Below, one piece after another: positions 23,401 to 33,200 of a DNA stretch of 33,755 nucleotides. Position 1 is the first letter of the stretch; each line of letters starts with the position of its first letter. Where the stretch lies: positions 1 through 33,755 of the forward strand of contig LPNZ01010658.1 in assembly GCA_001655205.1 (NCBI GenBank), given 5' to 3'. The position numbers and the translations under genes were made by a program. This stretch comes from Lenisia limosa (taxonomy: Eukaryota; Protista; Breviatea). The notes below the pieces were generated by a model that was not told the origin of the DNA, did no database searches, and saw nothing but the letters and a program-made list of their open reading frames with translations.

Positions 23401-26400
23401 AAAAATATGGTTGTATCTGGCCGTTATCATAAACATGACCACTCAACCTTCTTACCCTTCCCCTCAGGAAGAACAATCCTCGGAAGTTGACAGAATTCCG
23501 GACGGCGGATCAGCCACAGCCTCTGCCGCCACGCAGCCTCCCCCCAAAACAGTTGTGGACAACGTTGACGACTCCGAAGCCCAGGCCAAGGTGCGTCTTG
23601 CGATGCGAAACCGGTTTCATTGTTCAGGCTGCAGCTGAGAGGGAACTGGACGAACTGGATCGCCGTGATCGTGACAATCTGGAGCGCACTCTCAAAGGTG
23701 GGAGAGGGCCTCTCTAAGGCCTTGGTAAATGTGGGGGATAGGTAAACGTTTAATAGTGACGAACCTATTTCGAAGCTACCCTCACCAACATAGGGCTTTC
23801 TGACAGCGACCCCATGGTTGTGGCACAGCGACGATCATTGGAGAACAGACTAGCAGCGCGCAGACGGCGCAAATTGATGACGGTCCACCTTGACCATGTC
23901 AGAAACAAGGCAACCGCACTCGGTGAATCGTAAGCGGGCATCTATTATGATCCCGTGTTAGTATTCAGGAATAGCAATTGACCGATTTAGTGGCGCAAAG
24001 ACCCAGCCGAAGCTCACCCCCCGCGGCATGTCAAGCAGACGCTCCCTTGGTACCCCCATGCCTGGTGAGCACTCTATTGTTTTTGATAGGTTTACTTTGT
24101 CGAAAAAGGACGCTGTTTTTATTGATGGCCTAGGAATGGGCATGAACTCGGGCGGTAGTGCCGCAATGCTCAGTCGCGGCGGCTTAGAGTCAACTTCCTT
24201 CGGGTGGGGGCTGGCGGTTGGGATGGTTGTGTTTTTTTACTGCTTGTTTTTTGACTCTCCAGACACACCGCATCGGGTATGAACCTCAAGGCCCCCCGCA
24301 AGGCCACGGGCAAGGCCATGTCGGAAGCGGCGACTGAACTTCGGAACGAGGCCGACCTAGCCGCGTTGGCTCGGGTCACGGAGGCGTTGATTGAGGAGGA
24401 GGAGGAGCAGGAGGAGCTTGACAAGGCCATTGAGGAGCAAGAGGAGGTTGGAATGGACGATATCGCGCGCAAGATTGCCGAATCACGCGAAAGTCGCGTG
24501 GCAATCGAGAAGAAGCGGTTCACAGTGGTCATTTCCGACGCGAAACTCAGTGAATCCGAACGCGCCGCCGCACTTCAAACACACAATGACGCCCTTGCAC
24601 GCATCGAAATCGACCTCGGCGCTGAACGCCGACGCATGGAAACCGTGCTGCAGAAGAAACTCAAGGCTCGCCGCCGGGGTGAGGTGTACATCGAAACAGC
24701 CGCCGATACCGCTGAGGATATGTCCGTACGCCACGAGCGTGAGCGCGCAGACCTCATTGTAAAGTTGGACCGCGAGGATCGCGAGGATCGTGAGAACCTT
24801 GACATGGAGCTGGAGGGAGCCGACACCGCCACCGTGGACCGACGGAACAGCACTCTCGCACAACGCATGGCTGGACGTCGCGACCGCAGGCTCGCCGCAC
24901 TCAACCGGTGGGGGGGGGTGTCACTCTACCAACTGCATTTCTCATATTATACTGTATCACTTCACTTCGGACAGAAAAAAACCCGAGATAAATCTTTGAT
25001 TTGGTTTCCGGGTTTTTTTCGTCGGAGTGAAGCACTTTTATTACAAAGCTGTCACCCATTGGCGCTGACCCTTCAGGCAACAGGCGAACGAGCGCTCGTC
25101 CAACACAGGTCCCGTCCTGGCTGAGGAGTCTGAGCCAGAAGAGAGCGACGGAAGCGACGAGGACGATACTTTGGAGGAGGTCAAGCTCAAGGAAAGACAG
25201 AAGGAAATGATGAGTCAGATGAAAGACCGCCATGCAGATGAGACCAGGGCCTTAGAGTATAAGGAGAAGAAGCAAGAGGAGGTGATGCGGATGAAGATGG
25301 AGGAGGCTGAGCGTGAGCGCGAAGAAAAATTGCGTCGCGAACGTGAGGAGAAGCTAGCCGTTACAGCGCAGTCACGCAACGACATCAGTGACGCTGAGCG
25401 CCGTGCACAGTTTGCGCAACATGAGCGTGACATGGCGGAGCTGGAGACGAAAATGGCTGCTGATCGCGACCGAATGGAACAGAAACTGCGGCAAGAGATG
25501 GAAGACATGAAGAAGAAGTTCCGTGAGGAGCAGATCTCACGCCAGGATGAAGAAAAGCAAAGGGAAATGGCAGAGCAGGAGAGCGAGCGGGCGGCAGCGC
25601 GTGAAAAGGCCAACAGACAACGTGACGTCGACGCCATTTCCGAGGCGAAGGAGAACCTTGGCTCGGATCAAACGGTTCAGGCCATCCAGCTCATCCTCCA
25701 TCGTCGCCATACTCGCGAGACCCGCGACCTCAACAAACAGCTCAAGAAGGACAAGGCGTTCAAGATCAAGGTGCGTTGTGCTCGTATATTTGGTCTTCAT
25801 TAATATCTTCTATTATCTTTGGTCTTCTATTACATCAAAAAAAAACGTAAAATCCGAGTGATACCCCCCCCCCCCCNNNNNNNNNNNNNNNNNNNNNNNN
25901 NNNNNNNNNNNNNNNNNNNNNNNNNNNNNNNNNNNNNNNNNNNNNNNGAAGATCACACAAAAGCAGAGTGGTGAGCTGGCGGAGCTGATGAAACAGCGCA
26001 CAAGCCTCTCACACGAGGACTTCAACACTGCCCAGGCGGACCTCCTATCCAAACAACAGAGCGAGCTGACTGCCCTGGACTCGCGACACCTTGGCGAGAG
26101 GAGAGAGGTTCGTTATTTGTTTGAGGACCAATAAATATTGTTGAGAATATTTCATTTCTCTTCTCATTTGTGTTGGTTTGTTCATTTCTCTTCTCATTTG
26201 TGTTGGTTTGNNNNNNNNNNNNNNNNNNNNNNNNNNNNNNNNNNNNNNNNNNNNNNNNNNNNNNNNNNNNNNNNNNNNNNNNNNNNNNNNNNNNNNNNNN
26301 NNNNNNNNNNNNNNNNNNNNNNNNNNNNNNNNNNNNNNNNNNNNNNNNNNNNNNNNNNNNNNNNNNNNNNNNNNNNNNNNNNNNNNNNNNNNNNNNNNNN

Positions 26401-29400
26401 NNNNNNNNNNNNNNNNNNNNNNNNNNNNNNNNNNNNNNNNNNNNNNNNNNNNNNNNNNNNNNNNNNNNNNNNNNNNNNNNNNAGGAGAAATACGTTCTGA
26501 AGAACAGGCACTCGTTTGAGATGTCAGCCGTTCACGAGAGCAGTGATCCTGAGAAGGTGGGGCTGGTCAGCTGAGGCCACAAGCGTTGTGTTTTTCTGAA
26601 CTCTCGCGCATGTGGGTTGTTGATGTTTCTTAATAGTTTTGTTTCAATAATTCACTCCCCCTAGGTGCTGAAGCAAGAGAGAGACGAAGTGGAGAGGGAT
26701 ATGAAGGAGCTGCAGTCTCGCCTTGACGCTGAGAGAAACGAGAAACTAGCGAGTGTCGAGGAAGAAAAGGCCAAGATTGAGGCTGAACACCGTAAGAGAC
26801 TCGAGGAGGAGCTTGAGGAGTTTGAGCGTCAAGCAGAGGAGGAGCGGAAGAAGGAGCAGGAGAGGCTTGAGGAGGCTATGAGGGTTAGGAAGGAGCAGAA
26901 GGAGGCGCTGGAGGCTGAGAGGCTGAAGAAGAAGGAGGAGGAAGTGTCCCTTGCCCGGAGTCTTGGCGACGCCGACCGCATTGCGATCATCGAACAGGCG
27001 CAGAAGCAGCGCGATGACTTCGAAAGCAAAATGGAAGAGGACTACAACAGGCAACAGGCCAAGTTTGCGGAGCGTCTGACTGAGAGAAGGGCTAAGGTCA
27101 GGGCTAAGAAGCTTGCGGAAGCCCAAGAGAAGCTGAAACAGGAGGAGGAAGAAGCAAAGAAGAAACTTGCCGCCGAGGCAGCAGAGAAGCTGGAGCATGA
27201 GGCGCGGAACTTTGAAGAGGACGCTCGGATGTTGGAAGAGAAAATGCGGGCTGAAGCACGCCAAATTGCTCTCAAGGTGAGCCTTTTCATCTACTTCTGA
27301 AAAATCATTATTATCCTGATTAACACAAGGGACCATATTAAAGCCTAACCACCCCAGGCCAAACGTGAGGCTGAGGAGGCTCTGTTGAAGGAGGCGCAGG
27401 AGGCCGAGGCAGAGGTCCTGGCCGAAATGCAGGCAGCTGGAGGCGGACTGGGCGGACCTGGGATGTCCAATGAAGAGTGGTTTGAGTTACTCAAGAACTC
27501 TCCCCTGTTTGCAAAGCTGGAAGTGATTGAGCAAAAGGTTGGGGCGGGGGGTGAAGCTGTTTTTGCACGAATGCTGATATTATATTTTGAAGACCAATAT
27601 GTGATAGTGTTTTCATCATTACTATGTCAGGTTGGTGATTTGATGGACGGGTCCGGACCGGAGGGAGAGACCCTAGTCAATGCGGTTAGAGAAGCGGCGA
27701 GCCAGCTCAAGACCGTCGGCCCAATGCCCACGCAGAACATTGCCCAGCAGGCTGGTATGTGCGATATTTCATACAGCTCGTCCATCTTAGGTACTATTCC
27801 AATCACCCCCTCCCCCCAGTCGTTGAGAAGATCGACTTGGACCCGCGTGAACACGAGTTCAGCGTGGGCGGTCCGCTGAAGACTCTGAGCATCGATGAGT
27901 TGAGTCCAATGGAATGTGTTGTGTCCCGGTTCGGACAGTATCTAGCCGGTTGGGGGAGGGGGCCGTCTTGAAGCCAACATCACCAGGAGTGTTAGTTGCC
28001 ATTCTTGACACCATCAGATATGCTCTCGGCACGCATTAGCACCCCCGCGGTTACTGTGCAGCTTGCAAGCAACCTGCCGTCCAACGACTTCGAATCAACG
28101 TACAAACACTCCTTCCACTGCTCCCTTGACAATGTACGTACTGCCTTAACCATTTATCACCCCCTCACCGCCGCCGCCGCCAGGCCCCAATTTATATCAC
28201 ACCCAGATCATCATAACACCTAGAAACTCCAATTCTTGTCCCTTCATAGACCTTAGAGCCGCTCAGCTTCTCAAGCTGTTCCACAATTTACATCACTCCC
28301 CCCCAGGCCACAATTTACATCCGACGTGAGCGCGCATCACCAGTTGGCGAGTTTGCCGCGGTCCTGGTCCATGCGCTTTGCCACATTTCAGCCAAAGGAC
28401 AGCCATACAGCCATTTCCAGTTGGTCATTGCTAACATCGATGACAACTCTGTATCATACCTAGGCAAAGTACTAACGTGATCCAGACGATCGCTGTTGAG
28501 GGCCACCGTGGCTGTGGGCGAAGATCTTTTCCTTGCGCGTGTGCGTGGTCCTGGTGGCGCCCTTGTTTCTGAAGCAGCTAAGGATGCTGTCAAGGTTTGT
28601 CCTCGTGCAATTCACCATATTAGGCAAGTATCGCAGCTTCGTCCGGAGCAGACCGGCAGGCTCTTGTCAGCGACCTTGTTGACAGCCATGTATGGGCCGC
28701 TGAGACCGGCACGTTCACGTCTCGCAATATGGCCGCACGCATGGAGGTATGAGATTAGTGATTCTGTAATCCCCCAGCAATACATGGGCAACCAGGACGC
28801 TGGTCATCTTTCCACGTTCCTTGCGAAGCTTGGCTCTGAAATCGGTCGTGACCCCCAGGCTGACTCAGCTGTCGATCAGAGGTGCGCTGTCGTATTTGGC
28901 CATAAATATGTGTTGCTATCAATGTGTATTGGCCATACATATGCTACCAATGCTCATCACGGTGATTATTTCATTAGACTGAGTAACCTCTCGTCCGAAG
29001 GCGATCGTGTCGACTCTTTCTCCGAGTATCTTCAGAGGGAAATCAAGCATCTCGAAACGAATGTATGCGTAAGGTGTTGGGTGAACGAATGTATGCGCAA
29101 TGGGTGAAGTGTTTAAGTTTTTTTGAACCCGAAAATATATTTTGAGTAGACTTTACGCCAGTATTCTCGAAATTTCCTTCGTTTTACCCCCCCCCCCCAG
29201 GNNNNNNNNNNNNNNNNNNNNNNNNNNNNNNNNNNNNNNNNNNNNNNNNNNNNNNNNNNNNNNNNNNNNNNNTTGAAATCACGTCGCGCGTGCAAGCCTC
29301 TCGCGAGAGCCTCGAGGAAATCGGAACTGCCGACTCATTGTCATCCGGTGAATCCCGGGCCGACCTCATCGGATCCCTCCGACGGTCCGAACATGCCCAG

Positions 29401-29705
29401 GTGGGGCGTTGCTTACAATTTTTCATTTTACTCAACCCTCGCACCCCCCAATTTTCGCTGGAGTGATGGGATGTGTTGTTATCAACCCTTGCGTGTTGTC
29501 AGCCAACAGAGTAGATTCTGGGTTGGCCAACAGATTCTGGGTTTTTTGTTTTGTTTCACACCGTCACCTTATGATGCAGAAAAAGGCCGAACGCGAAAAG
29601 TTGCGCGTTGCCCACACGCTCAAGCAAGCCTCTGAGGAACTGGAGTCAAAGAGGGGCCTCCAAGCCGCCCACGCCGCCCGTACTGGCAATGAATTCTCTG
29701 TTTAG
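2414..29705 (+). CDS. Giant type I membrane protein with Cys-rich GCC2/GCC3 (ephrin-receptor-like) repeats and a long coiled-coil cytoplasmic tail; multi-exon, roughly 6,000 aa
   Basis: Phase-consistent GT-AG exons: 2414-2544, 2600-2687, ~2988-3187, 3667-3775, 4088-4138, 4188-4334, 4405-4469, 4591-6358, 6466-6585, 6665-6889, 6973-7086, 7166-7303, 7376-7846, ~8036-8238, 8383-8547, 8757-9879, 9933-9991, ~10596-10640, 10751-11888, 11965-12525, 12640-12876, 12955-13009, 13124-14888 (internal gap), 15027-15124, 15322-15399, 15482-15899, 16049-16126, 16209-17690, 17775-17864, 17946-18040. Many further small exons follow through 27820-27948, 28018-28133, 28307-28419, 28486-28594 to a last exon ending NEFSV-TAG at 29705. 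No intervening stop, start or signal peptide needing a second gene was seen, but N gaps (esp. 19046-22348, 25877-26482) hide some exons. Confidence 0.85.
2792..2867. repeat. Intronic tandem duplication, ~35 bp x2
   Basis: TCTTTTATACAYTTACTATTTACCYA(CT)GTTGCCTG repeated twice plus a partial copy. Confidence 0.8.
3321..3655. repeat. Intronic minisatellite, ~35 bp unit x ~10
   Basis: Consensus TAATTGATTGAGCTTAAGTCAATGCTGATAGCGTT. Two copies are truncated to 25 bp and the last copy is degenerate. Units are contiguous with no unique spacers. Confidence 0.95.
8301..8382. repeat. Intronic tandem repeat, 27 bp x3, ending at the acceptor
   Basis: CAACTAAATATGACCTTCATTCACGCA x3 (middle copy has a 6-nt deletion), then CAACAG acceptor. 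Confidence 0.9.
8578..8723. repeat. Intronic tandem repeat, alternating 32-33 and 40-41 bp units x4
   Basis: GACTAYTAYCAMAATAKCAGTGT...CAAGAT units alternate short-long-short-long, followed by a T run. Confidence 0.9.
15121..15184. repeat. 29 bp duplication spanning a 5' splice site
   Basis: CAAG|GTGGGAAKAAGCTTCTATGATATCA x2. Confidence 0.9.
15482..16408 (+). other. Non-repeat juxtamembrane extracellular module (possible cupredoxin-like beta sandwich)
   Basis: Spliced sequence ...GRRDV...IPNPIVCLIEGEGLVVSL...HHPVYLKDSLLNDNEGFDSGAFRQL...IATFDSAGTYVFGSASDNTQQIIVSV...SC. The alternating strand pattern and F-x-x-x-GTYxF resemble cupredoxin folds (inference). Confidence 0.5.
15981..16038. repeat. 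Intronic repeat of a branch-point-like unit x3
   Basis: CATTTTCTAAC(AG)(T)nG repeated three times upstream of the acceptor at 16048. Confidence 0.8.
16409..16474 (+). other. Single transmembrane helix
   Basis: WLLIIAALMFMFFLSLCSFSVL (22 aa) followed by the basic RWLRQR (positive-inside rule). No other long hydrophobic segment was seen in the model. Confidence 0.85.
17232..18340 (+). other. Cytoplasmic beta-hairpin-like repeat region (D/H-P-x-S/T-G motifs)
   Basis: Recurring motifs: HPMTGRVVPI, DHSSGQAVPI, DPQSRGPVPL, HPLSGEPTII, DGSTSK, DPSSGYPVA. Confidence 0.5.
18579..18642. repeat. 21 bp x3 intronic repeat ending at the acceptor
   Basis: TCTGCYTWTCTCACMCGTGYR x3. Only the last copy ends in CAG. 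Confidence 0.9.
18774..18830. repeat. ~11 bp x5 intronic repeat
   Basis: GAGGGYTTAYC-like units. Confidence 0.75.
26151..26210. repeat. 30 bp intronic tandem repeat running into an assembly gap
   Basis: TTCATTTCTCTTCTCATTTGTGTTGGTTTG x2 exact, then N gap 26211-26482. Confidence 0.9.
27820..28594 (+). other. C-terminal globular domain with zincin-like HxxxH motif (HALCH)
   Basis: Spliced: ...LSPMECVVSRFGQYLADML...VTVQLASNLP...YKHSFHCSLDNATIYIRRERASPVGEFAAVLVHALCHISAKG...FQRSLLRATVAVGEDLFLAR. HALCH lies at 28370-28384. Confidence 0.55.
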
Positions 29706-30011
29706 TTTTGTTTGAGGGGGGGGGGGTAGCAATACAGTAGTCAAGTCTGACTCTTTAGATGTCCTCTCTACCAATGAGGTACTGTTTCGTTTTCGGTGAC
29801 TATTTCTTAAGTATTTCTTAGCTTTTCTTACAATTTTGTTTCTTACAATTTTGTTATATATTTCGATTCCCTTTCACATGAGTGTAAGTAGAACACAGAA
29901 CCCTCAGCTCTTCCAGTCACAAAACGAAGGATGCTGGAATGGGTGGAAAATAATTCACAGATCACCTTTGGATCTTTCCGTGATCTTTCGGTCTTCTGTG
30001 TGACGGGAAGG

Positions 30012-30043
30012 AAAAAAAATCCATCAGCGAGACTCGAACCCAC
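30012..30043 (-). other. Isolated tRNA T-arm/B-box-like element with T8 tail (not a complete tRNA)
   Basis: Minus strand GTGGGTTCGAGTCTCGCTGATGGATTTTTTTT: B-box GGTTCGAGTC, 5-bp T-stem with wobble pairs, then a T run. No D arm, anticodon arm or matching 5' acceptor strand upstream. Confidence 0.3.
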
Positions 30044-30272
30044 TATCAAATGTCTAAAACCACTTTTTCATTGCTTTTTTTGGACGTTTGGACGAGGACA
30101 TGAGGTGTTATGATGTTGTTAAGTATATATTATATATACAATGATCAGATAATGATATAAGATATATCCAACAATGCCAAGAATATGCAACTCTCTGCAG
30201 TCTACCCATCAGTCTCCATAAAACTGGAGTTCTACCAGTGTATACATTAGTTTTCAAGAAGTTAGACTCATC

Positions 30273-33200
30273 ATGGCAACAGAAGAGCCTAGGGCAATGA
30301 AGGATGGTGCAATCCTTCCTCCAAGGGAGCACCCTCGCTTCAATTGGACGTTTTTCAAACGATTGGGACACATTATGGCACTTACCTTTCCGTTGCGGTC
30401 AAAAAACGTGGGCTTCATCCTGCAACAGCCGGGGGATCTGATGTCATTTCGATGACATCGCATTGTGTTCACCTTGTTTGATGTTGGCACATATAAGAGA
30501 TGTTGAGTGTATATCAGCTGGTTGGCACATATAAGAGATGTTGAGTGGTATCAGTATATTTTTTTTTTTGCAGTTTTGCATTTCGTACCAAACCCGGATT
30601 ATGACCTCACAACGTATTAGTTCTCCTACATTCTGGTGATGCTCCTCTTCTTGATTGCAGTGGAGGTTCTGACCTATAACATGGGTGGGTTGGAAGAGGG
30701 CTGTGGCTTGCTATAACATGGGTGGGTTGGAGCTGTGGCTTGCTCTCAAACTTCAGTCATCCATCCGAGCATTTATTTCAACAAATTGTATCATCTGAGG
30801 CTTTGAGAATTAATTGGCCATTGTAATCTGAGGCTTTAGGAGTGGTCGCGTCGGACCTACTGGTTGCTATCCCCAATGACAACGAAGACGACTTCCACCA
30901 CTCCCTTGTCAAGGTGGGTAATAAGGGGAGTGTCAATCAGTGCATTTAAGTGTCAGGCGATTTCATTAAAGTGAACGCTCACGCTGCAGTTCTCAAGTTA
31001 CGCTCTGCTGATGGTGTTCTTTAAGACAGGCGTGCGGTACTCGTGTTGTCTAGTCGGTCTGGCCCTGAGGAAGTGCCTCGTGTCGCACATGATGTCGCTG
31101 TACCTCCACTGGGCTCGGTTTTATGCACTGACAGCGTTCCACAGACACTCTATCGACAATCCGTGAGTGGGGCAATGAGGGCAGAAGTGATGTGTGTTGT
31201 TTGGCTCGTTTCTCACCTTACGAAGGGATCAGCGTGTCGCTTCAGACACCTTCCTGCTTTCGGGATTCCTCTCAGACAGTATCGCAACTCTCACCCTGAA
31301 ACCTATCATGCTTGCTTTCTATTTCCAAAGGTATGGGGAACCTTTAGACCATGTATTTGTGGAGTATGGGATTGTTTCGTAACCCTTCAGAGCGATACAG
31401 ATCATAGGGTGGCAAACGCCTACCGCACTTGTGACTTTTTATTTTGTTGCATTCTTCTTCGCCCGAGTGTTTATGAGCAGAGCTGTGCCTGTGGGGGGTC
31501 TAGACAGTGTATGTATTAGTTATGTTAATAATAGATGGACTAGAACAACTTATTAAAACGTTATGATAGTTGACTTTTCAGTATGTTGCACAACAGGAGA
31601 AGTTGGAGGGTGCATTCAAGTTCTACCACGCAACCATCAGAAACAAATCAGAATCGTGAGCAATTTCATTGGGTGAAGATGGAGGAGTCAACATTTCTAA
31701 TGATTGATAATAACATAATCCAGGATTGCCTTTGCCAGGGGCTGGGATGCTGAGGAGCAGAAAGTCTTTTCAATGTTCCGAACGGTCCTATCAAATCGCC
31801 TTGTTGTGATGAGGAAACAGCTCTTTATTGATCGTAGGTGTTGTTATGTGCGTATTTGGTTATATGATTATGTACCTGTTATATTAACGTTTGCAGTGTC
31901 AACGTTCTCGATCATGCGAATTTCCAATGCCATGGTTTACCTCATCGCAGGGTACTCAATGATTGGTTCTGGCGGCTCTCTATGTAAGGGGCCGTGGAGA
32001 TGGCATTTTGCGTTGCTCTCAGTTCTCACAGCACAACTGATACCCCTCCACCAGCTGAACGCACTTGGATACTCTCACAGGTCCTCTTCCTCTCAACAAG
32101 ACTCACAGACCTTATGGCAGCTATTTTGGGCACTGCAAAGCCCTTGACAAACGTTGCAGGCTACACCAGCAGATACTGCTCTATGGGTGGGATAATTATT
32201 TGTTTGGATTGCATTTGCACAAACGTTTCATATGAATCACTAACCATACAGAAGAAACTCTTCTACGCATTAAGCCGAAGGACTTTGTTGGATACCACCA
32301 GATCCCGTACCCCACATCTAGGATTCCCCAGCGACTTTACGCTGCAACTTCACAGGGCCGTAAAAGAGCGCAATATGAGGAGAACTGCAGGTGTGAATCC
32401 TAGGGACATATTACATATAAAGCCAAGTAAAACAGAGCTCATAATTCAGGAGCATGATTAACAAGGCCACATTGAAGCACGCCAAGGCCATAGCCAAAGG
32501 AATCTCGAGGGACAAGTTTCGAGAAAGGAATGAGAACACCCCCCTTCTTCAGCCGTAAGAGGTTCAACTTTTCTCAAGAGTGGAGAAATTTTCATTCTTG
32601 GATGCTTTATCTTTCCATACCTCCTTACTAGTTTACCCAACCTTCAAGACGACGCTGCATTCACTTACCATACAGTCCCTCCCCAGAACGCGAAGACCAC
32701 CCAAAGTTCCCGACCATCACGCTTCCNNNNNNNNNNNNNNNNNNNNNNNNNNNNNNNNNNNNNNNNNNNNNNNNNNNNNNNNNNNNNNNNNNNNNNNNNN
32801 NNNNNNNNNNNNNNNNNNNNNNNNNNNNNNNNNNNNNACTTTTGTGATCCGCGCGAGTGCTAAAATGGCTTTAGTTTGCACTTGGTCAAGTCAACCTTCC
32901 CGAATACAAGCTTCCAACTCCTGAAGACGGCACTTATTTGGTAGCCATGCCTGCGTGTCAAAGGTAATGGATACGCCCCATCCAAGGATTATAATCATAA
33001 AAACAACAGAATAATAATGCCGCATAATACCCATTTTTGTCCCATTTACACCATAATTCTTTAGTTTGACATCGTTCTTCAAAGAATTCGAGACCCCTCC
33101 ACCCCAGCCCACCCCTTCTTCGAAATCGGCTGTGGTAGGCGTGGTTCAAGTACAGAGTTCTGCCCAACCTACTGGCTGGCATTTTGCTTCAACCATTTCA

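Larger units (their letters stand above)
18443..27540 (+). other. Long E/K/R/A-rich coiled-coil region of the cytoplasmic tail
   Basis: ORFs 22608-23024, 24279-25124, 25171-25803 and 26665-27300 are highly charged and helical (e.g. MEEAEREREEKLRREREEKL, LEEELEEFERQAEEERKKEQERLEE), almost without Pro/Gly in long stretches. Confidence 0.85.

Noticed and set aside
4561-27290. Many minus-strand and alternate-frame ORFs in the track (e.g. 9164-9811, 17108-17683, 26746-27336)
   Set aside because: They are shadow ORFs of GC-rich or low-complexity coding exons, with no motifs or splice structure of their own.
28478-28480. In-frame TGA suggesting readthrough or selenocysteine in the giant gene
   Set aside because: A GT-AG intron at 28420-28485 removes it and restores the frame (SHFQ-RSLLRAT).
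2414-29705. Orthology to apicomplexan/ciliate CRMP, or to SVEP1/SCUBE/laminin/VSP
   Set aside because: CRMPs are multi-pass and this model has one TM. No vWA, CUB, pentraxin, sushi or laminin N-terminal domains were seen. Only the Cys-rich repeat type is shared.
32173-32249. Possible U12-type AT-AC intron in the ABCD4-like gene
   Set aside because: The 5' end ATACTG does not match ATATCC. A GT-AG intron at 32187-32251 gives GYTSRYCSMEETLL, which matches the spacing in ABCD4 (GYTHRIGQLRETLL).
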